A DNA stretch of 42,591 bases from a virus (taxonomy: Duplodnaviria > Caudoviricetes), in IMG/VR virus record IMGVR_UViG_3300049164_000073, positions 1-42,591 of that record. The stretch is one strand, 5' to 3'. The position numbers were made by a program, and so were the translations under genes. Below, piece by piece: positions 17,401 to 25,567 of this stretch. Below the pieces are notes generated by a model that did no database searches, was not told where the DNA came from, and worked only from the letters and a program-made list of their open reading frames with translations. Every line of letters starts with the position of its first letter. The first letter of the stretch is position 1.

Positions 17401-17827
17401 CCAATTTGGCCATGTATTCGACCGTGCTGAGATTGGCTGTGGCCGACGTCCAGTTGCTCAGGTCGGCGTCAAATCGGATATCGATGTCGCCGGTGATATC
17501 GAGGTCGGGATCATCTTCGGTGTATGCGTAATCCCCTACGGCGCCGTTGAGAGCGACGTGCTTCGGCCCGACCACCGTGCATCGCGCTCGCGTGTTCGGC
17601 CCGAGCTTGCCGAAGTACGGCGAGCGGGGGTTGCGGGTGGAGTAGCGACCCCCCGGCGACGACAGGATGAACGACGCCGCCGCCGGGTCGGTACGCGACG
17701 CGCCCTCGCGCCGACCGCGCGTGTGCGTGATCTGCGTACCCGCGGCCCGCACATCGGCCGTGACGTCCACCCACGCGCCATCGATCTCCAGCTCCATCCG
17801 AGCATCAGGCACCGCCACACCCACCAC
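14495..17827 (-). CDS. Minor tail (tail tip) protein
   Basis: 1110 aa directly after the tape measure; WVDVTADVR...GRYSTRNPRSPYFG N-terminus and PLAYWPME motif. Confidence 0.85.
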   Translation of the reverse strand: MVGVAVPDARMELEIDGAWVDVTADVRAAGTQITHTRGRREGASRTDPAAASFILSSPGGRYSTRNPRSPYFGKLGPNTRARCTVVGPKHVALNGAVGDYAYTEDDPDLDITGDIDIRFDADLSNWTSATANLSTVEYMAKLGFNAGEKSWLLGSRDGSLYIEWSADGANTLGAKSTEMLAGIVGRRAVRVTLDVDNGSGGWTVTFYTADTIAGPWIEFGNPVTGAGVTSLFNSPTRLRIGDASPITFARATGRCFAAEVRNGIDGPAVADPDFTAQALGAAGFVDSAGRAWSMNGTASISDRWPRFVLSVPEWPPSWHVSGHNVTADLTAAGTLRRLGQGQKALDSTLRRRIPSFGPLAYWPMEDEADAGTAASPIAGVPAMFVQNFDFASDDTLAGSKPLPTVDRSTGQCLMQGRVPAPGTTLDSWAVVWMYHAPEPNATLATIMRTQSTGTVREWFLQIRSDVSRVFGLDADGNTVFTVDVATGEKLFRQWVRVDFSATQNGGNVDWHVGWQPVGSAAGATSGSFAGTVGAPSTVGGSAGGFSSQLDGMAMGHVSVWPTSSSSVGPFALFSAADAWTGETAGERVERLADEEGLPIGVAGTASMQQRMGPQRPATLLELLEECEATDGGILYEDRESTGLRYRDRASLYNQTPKLVIPYGQLAPPLTPVDDDQQIRNDVTRQRIGGSSARVVVEDGPLSVDAVGLYDESVSLSMHDDTQPLQIAAWAAYLGTWDEPRYPSVRILLHKYPALIADVLALDVGDTIRITDLPIFLPPGPVDLMVMGYREDIGPRTWEVTLFCTPAGPWSSLGVVDESHADTTGSQLVITVDEATTAVPVVTTLGPRWVDSATYPDDFPFDVTVGGEAMTVTACTGVVEDAFDDAVASGWGTADSGQAWTADGGSASDYAVSGGTGRLLLPAATFLAQVAAVSTADVDLRVDFSLPVAPTGDSAYVYPVIRYADGTHFYFARVQITATGGMFLNLRKRVGSETLLDSYATGMTLTAGAWYTVRLTVTGSDLAAKVWLRSDPEPTDWQVSATDTDLTDPESVGVRGFIGGSTTNAMPFTMEFDNLRADPQTFTVTRSVNGIVKSHAAGADIRLAHPSYVAL

Positions 17828-17830
17828 CCC

Positions 17831-20383
17831 CTACTTTCCGAACGCGGTCTGCACACTGCCGCGGCCATCGGTTTGCACGATCTTGCGAATAAGGCGCGTC
17901 ATCGCCTCCGGGCCATCCACGACGATCCGGACCGTCTGCACGCCGCCGCCTTGCGGCGCTCCACGGAACTGGGCATCCTGCGCCCACGCGGGGACACCAC
18001 CGCCACCCATCGGCACCGGCACCGGCATCGACGCCATTGCGTCATTTGCCGCGCCCAGCAGGCCAGCCGCAGCCGACCGCACCGCGCCACCGCGCGACGC
18101 CAGACCAGCCGCCATCGCGTCACCGATCGACTGGCCGGAGTACAACGTCCAGCCCTTCCCGGAAAACGGGCCCTCCTTCGCAGGCGAGAACGGAAAGAAG
18201 TCCCGCGCCCGCGACACGACGGACGATGCCGCCGAAGCGACCTCGCCCACCTTCGACAGAATGCCGCTAATGAAACCGCTGATCAACGCCCGGCCCGACT
18301 TGAACAATGCGATTCCGGCCCGGCCCAACGCGGACTGCGCCCGGCCCGGAATGCTCTTTACGTGGTCTACGACCATGCCGATACGGCGCCGCATTTCCGC
18401 AACCATGTTGACACCAGCCTCGGTCATCCGGGCTTTCAGCTTGGAGCCGAGATCCTTCAGCGCAGACCATGCCTTGCGCGGCATTTCCCTGAACGTCTGG
18501 GCGACCTTGCCCGCCATGTCCGCGGCCATCTTCTTTGCGCTGTCCAGCGCACCGGAGAAATCACCGGACAGGAGCTTGGTCAGGATCTCCAGCGCCGGAA
18601 TCAGTACGTTCGTGATGTTGGAGCCGAGGACGTAAGCCAGTCCGGCCGCAAGCTTCCCCACCAACTCGATGATTTTCGGCAGGTAAGGGGCCAGCTTTTC
18701 CAGCAGCTTCGCGCTCAGCTTCGCGAACGCCTCAATCACCGGCGCGAGAGCAACCATCAGGTCGGCAAATGCGACCGCCATCTTTTCCAGCGACGGCGCC
18801 AATTCGACCAGCAGATCACCCAGGAATTCGAGCCAGAACACGAGCTGATCGGCAAGCAATTCCGCCAGCGGCTCGATGATCGGTGTCAGCTTTTCGAAGA
18901 TCGGTGTCAGGGTGCGGGACAGGATGTCTGCCACGGTCTTGATCACCGGAGCCAGCGATTCGAACACACGTACGAGCGCGGCGAACAATGGAGTCAGGGC
19001 GGGCAGCAGAGCGGCGATCAGCTCTCCGGCCACCTCAAGCAGGGGTGCCGCCGCCTCGATCAGCTTCCCGAACGCCTCAGCCGCGACCTTCAGCACCGGT
19101 GCCAGGGCCTTGATGACCGGCTGAAGGGCCGCACCCAGCGCCCTGACGAGCGTCTGAATCGGCGGACCCAGCGCCACGAAGACGGGCGCGACGGCTTTCA
19201 TCACCTCGATGAGCAGCGGCGCGACGACCTTGGCAACCTCGGCCATCGTCTCGAAGATCGCGCGCAGTCCGGCTTGGACCTCCGGCGACGCGAACGCATC
19301 CTCCAACGCCTGCGTGATCGTCTTGAGGACGCCGATGAAGCCGCCGCCCGACGCCTCAGCCGCGGAGAAAATGGAACCGATCGTTGAGAACACGTTCCCG
19401 GCGATTTCCGCCAGGTCACCGATCAGGCTGATGGCCTGCTCGATGGCCTTCTGCATGGCGCCGGACTCGAACGCCTTCGTCAGCCGGTCGGAGAGCTTGT
19501 CGAGCGCTCCGCCGGCGGCGCCGGTCAGCCGCTCGAACGACGGCCCCGCAGCGGCCGCGATCTGGCCCAGGCCCTTCACGAGCTGGCCGGGCGCGCGGGT
19601 CAGGTTCGACAGGCCCAGGTTCGCGCTGCTCAGCGCACGCCCGAGCGTGCCGTTCTCCGCCATTTCCTGCGCGGCCGAAGCCACGCCGTGGCCCATGCGG
19701 TTGACGCTGGTCGCGGCACCTTCAAGGCCCTTACGGAGCACCGGCAGAACCGACCTGCCGGCCTCCTTCAACGACTTCGACCAGTCCTTGAACATCTTGT
19801 CCTGGACGGACTGTTGCAGCGCCTTGAACTCCGGCTGCATCGCCTTGACCTGCTTCGCGAACGCCTTCGCTTCGGGCGACAGCTTCTCCAGCGCTTCGGC
19901 GAACGCCTCCGGATTGCTGGGGTCCATGGCGGCCTTGACCGCATCCCCCACACCGACCATGCCAAGCTTGATCGCCTTCGATGCGAGCTGCACCGCCACC
20001 AGAGCGGTGACCGCCACAGCCGCCGCGGGGGCGATACTGCCCACAGCGCCCGCCAAACCGGCTGCCAGCGGCACCGCGACACCGAGCTTGGCCGCGATAC
20101 CGCCGATCGACGCCGCCACACCCAGCAGGCCACGCCCCGCGCCAGCAAGCCGCCCGAGCTGGAACGTGAACCGGCGCCCCTCGTCCGTGCCCTCGCGGAT
20201 CCCCGCGGCCAGCAGCTCACCGGTCGTCGCGAACGTTCCGTCGAGGCGTCGGAGACGCCCCTCCGTGTCGCGCTGGAAGCCTCGCATCCGCAGCTCAGCG
20301 TCGTTCAGGCCGCGCCGCATGCCGCGGTCGTCCGCCCTGATGAAGCCGACCAGCTCGCCGATGTTGAGCGCCACCGCGACCAC
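17831..20383 (-). CDS. Tape measure protein
   Basis: 850 aa, Ala/Leu-rich helical repeats, FFPFSPAKEGPFSG near the C-terminus; follows the chaperones. Confidence 0.9.
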   Translation of the reverse strand: MVAVALNIGELVGFIRADDRGMRRGLNDAELRMRGFQRDTEGRLRRLDGTFATTGELLAAGIREGTDEGRRFTFQLGRLAGAGRGLLGVAASIGGIAAKLGVAVPLAAGLAGAVGSIAPAAAVAVTALVAVQLASKAIKLGMVGVGDAVKAAMDPSNPEAFAEALEKLSPEAKAFAKQVKAMQPEFKALQQSVQDKMFKDWSKSLKEAGRSVLPVLRKGLEGAATSVNRMGHGVASAAQEMAENGTLGRALSSANLGLSNLTRAPGQLVKGLGQIAAAAGPSFERLTGAAGGALDKLSDRLTKAFESGAMQKAIEQAISLIGDLAEIAGNVFSTIGSIFSAAEASGGGFIGVLKTITQALEDAFASPEVQAGLRAIFETMAEVAKVVAPLLIEVMKAVAPVFVALGPPIQTLVRALGAALQPVIKALAPVLKVAAEAFGKLIEAAAPLLEVAGELIAALLPALTPLFAALVRVFESLAPVIKTVADILSRTLTPIFEKLTPIIEPLAELLADQLVFWLEFLGDLLVELAPSLEKMAVAFADLMVALAPVIEAFAKLSAKLLEKLAPYLPKIIELVGKLAAGLAYVLGSNITNVLIPALEILTKLLSGDFSGALDSAKKMAADMAGKVAQTFREMPRKAWSALKDLGSKLKARMTEAGVNMVAEMRRRIGMVVDHVKSIPGRAQSALGRAGIALFKSGRALISGFISGILSKVGEVASAASSVVSRARDFFPFSPAKEGPFSGKGWTLYSGQSIGDAMAAGLASRGGAVRSAAAGLLGAANDAMASMPVPVPMGGGGVPAWAQDAQFRGAPQGGGVQTVRIVVDGPEAMTRLIRKIVQTDGRGSVQTAFGK

Positions 20384-20397
20384 CCCCTATTCGGTTG

Positions 20398-21005
20398 TCA
20401 GCCGCGGAGCGCGGCACGGATCTGGTCGGGGTCGTCGACGATCGCGAGCTCGTCCCCGGCGACCCGCCGGAACGCCGACTCGGGAGACAGGGCGTGCAGC
20501 AGCGCCCAGAACTCGGACCGGCCTATGCGGGCGAGCTCTTGCGTCGTGATGCCGTACTCGCGGCGGAAGTCCGCGCGGACCGCCCACCAGTACCGCCAGA
20601 CGGCTTCTTCGGCGCGGCTCGGCGGCTTGCGCGGTTCTGCCCGGACGGCGCTTTTCCCTCCGCCGCCTCCGCCTCACGCACTGCGGCGAGCGCCTCCATG
20701 AAGGACACGCCCGCTCCGCTTGCGTGCGCCATGCCCCACGCGAGCACGGTCTTGAACTCCAGCAGGCCCATGCCGTTGGTGCGCCACTCGTCGAGGACGT
20801 CGGCGCCGAAAAGCATGGCGACCAGCTCGCGGATGTCCTCCTCGTCCTCGGAGTCTTCGAGGGCGCGCATTCGCTGTTCCATGGCCAGCGGCACATCGGT
20901 GGGGATGCGTACCTCGACGTCGCGGATCGTTTCTGTGCGGGAGCCGAACGCCTGGGTGAGGAATTCCTCGTACGAGCCGGCGGCGGGGGTCTTGCGTGCG
21001 GTCAC
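20398..21005 (-). CDS. Tail assembly chaperone, long (GT) form made by -1 frameshift
   Basis: Slippery G GGA AAA at 20658-20652; the -1 frame reads ...YWWAVRADFRREYGI...FWALLHALSPES...RG, stop at 20398. Confidence 0.85.
20523..21005 (-). CDS. Tail assembly chaperone, short (G) form
   Basis: Lies between the tail tube and tape measure; GTGA overlap with the tail tube gene. Confidence 0.85.
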   Translation of the reverse strand: MTARKTPAAGSYEEFLTQAFGSRTETIRDVEVRIPTDVPLAMEQRMRALEDSEDEEDIRELVAMLFGADVLDEWRTNGMGLLEFKTVLAWGMAHASGAGVSFMEALAAVREAEAAEGKAPSGQNRASRRAAPKKPSGGTGGRSARTSAASTASRRKSSPA

Positions 21006-21460
21006 GCCTTCACCGCCGTGGTGTCGGCACCGGAGCGGGTCACGGTGACGGCCCACGTCACCTTGGCGTTGCTGTCGCCGCCCGTGTCGCCCAGCTGGAA
21101 ACGGGCCTGCGTCCACACCACCCACTCGGTGTCGTCCTTGTGGGCGTAGCGGAAGCCGATCAGGGAGTCGTCACCGAGCCGTTCGGCCTGTGCCTCGACG
21201 AGGGCCTGTCCGGCGTCGAGAGCCCCGGTGGTCTTGTCGCGCAGTCGGAAGCCCTCCAGGGTCATGGACTTGCCGATCTGCATGTTCTGCGACTCCTCCT
21301 GACCCTCGCTTCCGAAGGTGGTGGTGTCGGTGTCCTCGTAGTTCTGGCTCTTGGAGAATGTGTTGATGGCGTCGGGGCCGATCGCCACCCACGTACCGGG
21401 GTTGGCGAAGTCCTCGATCTCGAACTCGATGTCGCGGGCGTTGTACTTGACGGGCGCCAT
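21002..21460 (-). CDS. Major tail (tube) protein
   Basis: 152 aa, DTTTFGSEG and ALDAGQALVE motifs; synteny; GGAGG RBS. Confidence 0.85.
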   Translation of the reverse strand: MAPVKYNARDIEFEIEDFANPGTWVAIGPDAINTFSKSQNYEDTDTTTFGSEGQEESQNMQIGKSMTLEGFRLRDKTTGALDAGQALVEAQAERLGDDSLIGFRYAHKDDTEWVVWTQARFQLGDTGGDSNAKVTWAVTVTRSGADTTAVKA

Positions 21461-21526
21461 GGGGCTACCTCCGGGCATGCGAAAGAGCCCCGGCGCAGTG
21501 CGACGGGGCGGGAAAGGACGAGGGGG

Positions 21527-21961
21527 TTAGCTGCGGTGGGTCGTCCGGTTGACGATCTCCAGTCGGAAGTTGCAGACGTGCGCGTGCCTGCGGTTGTCGT
21601 CGACACCGAGCGACGCGGGGGCGGACTGCAAGCAGACGGACAGGATCAGTTCTGTGCCGTCCGGCAGGGTGACCGGCCCAAGGCCATGCAGCACGTCGCG
21701 GATCTGCTTGCACAGGGTTCGGGACGTGCGCGGATCGGGCCCGCCGCGTACCTTCACCTGCATGCGCGGCTCGTCGTACGGCAGCTTGGAGTCGGGCTCC
21801 GTGCTGTCGTCGTACAAGGTCAGGACAACCGCGGTGTCCGGGGTCGGCGGCATCGACTCGGCGAAGCAGTCACCGGTAACGCCGGTCGGGTCGTAGGTGA
21901 CCAGTCCGAGCCCGTTGAGGTACTGGGCGACGCCGTCAATCAGGTCGGTGTCATCAGCCAC
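21527..21961 (-). CDS. Tail terminator / minor structural protein
   Basis: MPPTPD..VVLTLY...MQVKVRG...LHGL...SLGVDDNRRH; synteny. Confidence 0.75.
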   Translation of the reverse strand: MADDTDLIDGVAQYLNGLGLVTYDPTGVTGDCFAESMPPTPDTAVVLTLYDDSTEPDSKLPYDEPRMQVKVRGGPDPRTSRTLCKQIRDVLHGLGPVTLPDGTELILSVCLQSAPASLGVDDNRRHAHVCNFRLEIVNRTTHRS

Positions 21962-22304
21962 GAAGCCACCTCCGCAGCCCCACGGCCATCAGTTCCAACA
22001 CGACCTGCCGTTCGCTGTTCATCGGCTTTTCGAGGTACTTTGCGGTACGGCCCGGTAGGTGCTTCCAATCCAGCTCCTCGTGCTGCCGGCGGGCATACAC
22101 GGTGTCGAACGTGACCGCCCCCTCAAGCCCGTCTTGGACGACGCGGCCGGACCGTTCGAGGGGCCCCTCGCGCAGGGGCACGATCGCCCGCGCACGCTCA
22201 AGGACATGCTCAAGGCCCTTCCGTAGCCCCTCCTCGGCCAGCCGCCGACCGCGGCCGGTACGGAAATTCACCCGGCCCGGCGTGAAACGCGTGTACTGGG
22301 TCAT
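21954..22304 (-). CDS. Neck / tail completion protein
   Basis: VPLREGPLERSG...FDTVYARRQHE...AKYLEKP. Confidence 0.75.
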   Translation of the reverse strand: MTQYTRFTPGRVNFRTGRGRRLAEEGLRKGLEHVLERARAIVPLREGPLERSGRVVQDGLEGAVTFDTVYARRQHEELDWKHLPGRTAKYLEKPMNSERQVVLELMAVGLRRWLRG

Positions 22305-22612
22305 AGCTGCACCTCCAGGTGATCCGGTGTAGGCAGTCCGCCGCCGTCGTGCCGGAGGGCGTTGATGACGGTTGCCGTGTCACCGTTCGGCAGCGTGATA
22401 CGGGACTCGGGCGGGCAGACGGTAGCCAGCGGGGCGTACAGCGTGCCGTGGCTGACAACCTCCTGCCCTTCCTTGTCGACCACCGTGCGGGTCTTCTGGT
22501 CGAGGAAGCACCGCACGGTGACGGGTGCGGCATAGACGGGCCCGTAGGCGCCGTCGCCCTCGTACGCCTCGACCGTCACCTCATGGCGCCACAGGAAATC
22601 GAGGCTCAGCAC
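22301..22612 (-). CDS. Head closure (stopper) protein
   Basis: HEVTVEAYEGDGAYGPVY...DHLEVQL; synteny. Confidence 0.7.
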   Translation of the reverse strand: MLSLDFLWRHEVTVEAYEGDGAYGPVYAAPVTVRCFLDQKTRTVVDKEGQEVVSHGTLYAPLATVCPPESRITLPNGDTATVINALRHDGGGLPTPDHLEVQL

Positions 22613-23025
22613 TGTGCCACCGCCCCCAGCCGGAACACATCCGGCGTCAGGTCCGGCGACCGGAGCGAATCCCACACCTCCGGGGCAACCTGCCGGCCCG
22701 GCGCATCATCACCGGACACCGACGTCACCGACCGGGCGAGGCGGACGGAGCCGATCTCCACCGAGCCCCAACCGGCCCCGGCCGCGCCGGTCGTGTCGCC
22801 GACGTCCACCCCCCACTGCACCTGCGCGCATGTAGCGTTCGCGAACGCCTCCGCAACCGCCGGGTTCGACGGTAGGCCGGTCTCCTCGACCTCGTACCAG
22901 CACAGCCGGAAAACCCGGCTGTCGAGGAACCGGGACGCCTGCGCCAGGCGGGCGGCGATGTCCACCGGAGCGGCGCCACCGGTGTAGGTCTCGTACTGCT
23001 CGCTGGCCGCGTAGATCCGGGCCAC
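22606..23025 (-). CDS. Head-tail adaptor
   Basis: YAASEQY...LAQASRFLD...ATCAQVQW...SVEIGSVRL; synteny. Confidence 0.75.
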   Translation of the reverse strand: MARIYAASEQYETYTGGAAPVDIAARLAQASRFLDSRVFRLCWYEVEETGLPSNPAVAEAFANATCAQVQWGVDVGDTTGAAGAGWGSVEIGSVRLARSVTSVSGDDAPGRQVAPEVWDSLRSPDLTPDVFRLGAVAQC

Positions 23026-23039
23026 AGCCGCACCCCCTT

Positions 23040-23390
23040 CTACAGGTCGAGGACGGCGACGGTCACGGACGCCGAAGCGCCCGCGTAGTCGACCCACACC
23101 GCCCCGTCAGAGGCACGCCGGAACTCGATGCCGAGTGCGGGCAGCAGCCGGGCGGCGCCCGCCGCGACAGTGAACGTGGCGTCGGCGACGGCCAGCGCCC
23201 CGGCGCCCACGGTGGCAGGGGTCTGCACCGTGACCGTCAGCTCCGTCACGTCGCCGTTGGCGACGTACAGGTGCCGGCCGCGGGCCCACGGGAACGAATT
23301 CCCGTCGGTGAGCTCCGCGGCGGTGTCGACGTCGGCGAGCACTACGCCCGCCGCGCCGACGCCGGTTGGTGTGATTGCGGTGCGGGCCAT
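23040..23390 (-). CDS. Hypothetical virion protein (possible head decoration)
   Basis: Beta-rich 116 aa in the head module. Confidence 0.65.
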   Translation of the reverse strand: MARTAITPTGVGAAGVVLADVDTAAELTDGNSFPWARGRHLYVANGDVTELTVTVQTPATVGAGALAVADATFTVAAGAARLLPALGIEFRRASDGAVWVDYAGASASVTVAVLDL

Positions 23391-23653
23391 CAGGCGCCGC
23401 CCTTCCTGCGCCGCGCGCGCGGCACGGGCTGCTCAGACTCGGCGGCCGGCGTCGGCTGCTCAATCGCGGTCGTCTCAACGGCCGGCTCCGGAGCGGCCAC
23501 GGCACGGATGCCGTACCACTCCGGCAGCGCCGCGAGCGCGTCGGCAACGGCCCTGTCCTCGGTGACGAACCGGCCCCCGCGGAAGCGGCACCGGCCGGCC
23601 ACCGAGCAGAGGTTCAGCTCCGGATATCGGGTATTCGTGAACTGGAACGGCAT
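23390..23653 (-). CDS. Hypothetical protein after the capsid gene
   Basis: GGAGG RBS; 87 aa. Confidence 0.7.
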   Translation of the reverse strand: MPFQFTNTRYPELNLCSVAGRCRFRGGRFVTEDRAVADALAALPEWYGIRAVAAPEPAVETTAIEQPTPAAESEQPVPRARRRKGGA

Positions 23654-23668
23654 CGGGCGTCACCTCCC

Positions 23669-24637
23669 TTACGCGTCGGCCGTGGTCAGGTTGGTGATCT
23701 TGCCGTGCGTGCGCTCGTTGCCGTAGTTCAGGCCGACCTCGCCGTACAGCTGGGTACGGTCCGTCGCACCGGTGCGGGCCAGCGGCTCCGCGAAAAAATG
23801 CCCCTTACCGGGGATCTCCTGGTACACGGGGCTGCACTGTTCCAGCGACACGACCGCGAGCTGCGCGGCCGGCATGTGCCGGTCCAGCATCAGGTTCAGG
23901 GTGCCGAAGTCGGTTTCGATGGTCTGCACACGGACACCGCCGACGGTCCTGCTCTCCTCGCGGTAGTTCTTCTGCGTGATGAAAATGTCCGACAGCTTGC
24001 GCTTCTGGTAGGCGTTCGCCATCAGCGTGGCGGTCCCGGACTCCTGGATGCCGCCGTTCTCCCAGATCGACTGGAGGAGGTCGAGGACCATGTCTTCCGT
24101 CAACGGGCCGGCCGCGCCAGCGCCGGCGTCGACCGCGATCACGTTCGTGGTGATCGCTTCGAGGATGCCCCGCGTCTGCCGCGCGGTCGTGTTGTCGGCC
24201 GGCTTCTGGTACGTGCCCTGGATGAACGAGAACTCGATGTCCCGGACCATCTGCTTGAGCATCTGCTCGATCTGCCAGTCAGCCTCGTTGGTGACCGGGT
24301 TGGACTGGGCGTTGTTGATGCCCGACTTCGCCTGCACGGCGGCAAGTTTCGTGTAGGACACCTCCACCGTCTCGTGGTGGATCTGCACCAGGTTGGAGAC
24401 GTTCGCTCGCACCCGCTCCTGGCCGGTCGGCGCGTCCGCGCCCTCCAGCTTCGCGTTCTGCCCTGCGGCGCGCAGGTCGAAGGTCTGCCACTCGAACTCG
24501 ATCGAGTTGGTCTGTCCGCCGCCGGACAGGCCGCCGATCGCGGAGAAGAACGGGGTGTCGCTGGGCGTGAGCTGGTGGAGCATGCCCGTGTAGTTGGGCA
24601 GGTTGTAGGTCGTGCCGAGCTCGGTGATACCGGCCAT
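23669..24637 (-). CDS. Major capsid protein
   Basis: 322 aa after the scaffold; TTYNLPNYTG...DTPFFSAIGG...EFEWQ...QLYGEVGLNYG...HGKI (recalled as DUF5309/SU10-like). Confidence 0.9.
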   Translation of the reverse strand: MAGITELGTTYNLPNYTGMLHQLTPSDTPFFSAIGGLSGGGQTNSIEFEWQTFDLRAAGQNAKLEGADAPTGQERVRANVSNLVQIHHETVEVSYTKLAAVQAKSGINNAQSNPVTNEADWQIEQMLKQMVRDIEFSFIQGTYQKPADNTTARQTRGILEAITTNVIAVDAGAGAAGPLTEDMVLDLLQSIWENGGIQESGTATLMANAYQKRKLSDIFITQKNYREESRTVGGVRVQTIETDFGTLNLMLDRHMPAAQLAVVSLEQCSPVYQEIPGKGHFFAEPLARTGATDRTQLYGEVGLNYGNERTHGKITNLTTADA

Positions 24638-24690
24638 GGGGCCACTCTCCTAGGTAGGTGCGGGGGCGCGGCCCTGTGCCGGCCGCCGGG

Positions 24691-25293
24691 TTACTGCTGC
24701 GCCTCGGCGGCGAGCAGCTTGCTGTTCTGCAGGCGCATCTCTGTGCGCCAGTCGCCATCGGCCTTGGCCTGGGCGATCTGCTTGTCGAGGCTGGTGGCCG
24801 TGTCGCCGGAGCCTCCGGCCCCGCCCATGTCGCCTCCGGACCGGCCGGCGCCACGGGGGGCGAGCGCGGCAAGCTTGTCGACCGCGGCCGTGATGGCGTC
24901 GCCGTCCACCTCGCCGTCTACGACGAACTTGGTGACGTCGAGCAGGTCGGCGAACGGCGCGAGGTCGACGCCCTTGCGTGCGGCGGCGGCTTCAAGCCGG
25001 GCCTGTGCGAGCTGCGGAGTGACGTCGGCGAGCGCGGCCGTGCGGCCCTGCTCCGTCGCGGCCTGAACGGCCTTCTCCTGCTCACTCATTCGCTCGGCCT
25101 TGAGCGTGGCGAGCTCGTCGGCCGCGGTCTTGTTGGCCTTCGCCCGGTCTTCCCACTTGCGGGCTTCGGCCTTCCAGTCCGTGTCACCCGCGGGGGCGGG
25201 CGGTACGGGCGGAGCCGGGGGCACCGCGGGCGCGGCGGCGGGCGGTGCTGCGGGTGCAGCCGGGACGGCTGCGGGTTCCACGGGGGTAGCCAT
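24691..25293 (-). CDS. Capsid scaffolding protein
   Basis: Pro/Ala-rich N-terminus, DWKAEARKWEDRAKAN coiled coil; precedes the capsid gene. Confidence 0.85.
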   Translation of the reverse strand: MATPVEPAAVPAAPAAPPAAAPAVPPAPPVPPAPAGDTDWKAEARKWEDRAKANKTAADELATLKAERMSEQEKAVQAATEQGRTAALADVTPQLAQARLEAAAARKGVDLAPFADLLDVTKFVVDGEVDGDAITAAVDKLAALAPRGAGRSGGDMGGAGGSGDTATSLDKQIAQAKADGDWRTEMRLQNSKLLAAEAQQ

Positions 25294-25402
25294 GGGTGTT
25301 CTCCCTTTCCGGGTTGCCCGGCGGGCCCGTGCGGGCGGTGCTGGGCGGGCATGCGAAGGGGCCCGCGGCTGCGGACCCCTGGTGTGCTGGTGGTGCTACG
25401 CC

Positions 25403-25561
25403 CTACCCCTCGCGGGGCGGACGGGTCTCGGTGTAGCCGCGAATCCACGCGGGACGCAGCAGCGACGTGCGCGGATACGGGCATACGGTCGGGGGCTGGC
25501 CGGTCCTGCCGGTCTCGCGTCCCTCCTGTATGGCCCGTGCGATGTCCTCACGTGTCCCCAC
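25403..25561 (-). CDS. Small Rmf/CrpP-fold-like protein (52 aa)
   Basis: Hand-translated MGTREDIARAIQEGRETGRTGQPPTVCPYPRTSLLRPAWIRGYTETRPPREG after GGAGGTG; EG..G..G...CPY...W.RGY pattern. Confidence 0.65.
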   Translation of the reverse strand: MGTREDIARAIQEGRETGRTGQPPTVCPYPRTSLLRPAWIRGYTETRPPREG

Positions 25562-25567
25562 CGGGGA

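Noticed and set aside
20387-20896. 169-aa ORF as the second tail chaperone
   Set aside because: Wrong frame; the chaperone-like sequence is in the -1 frame ending at 20398.
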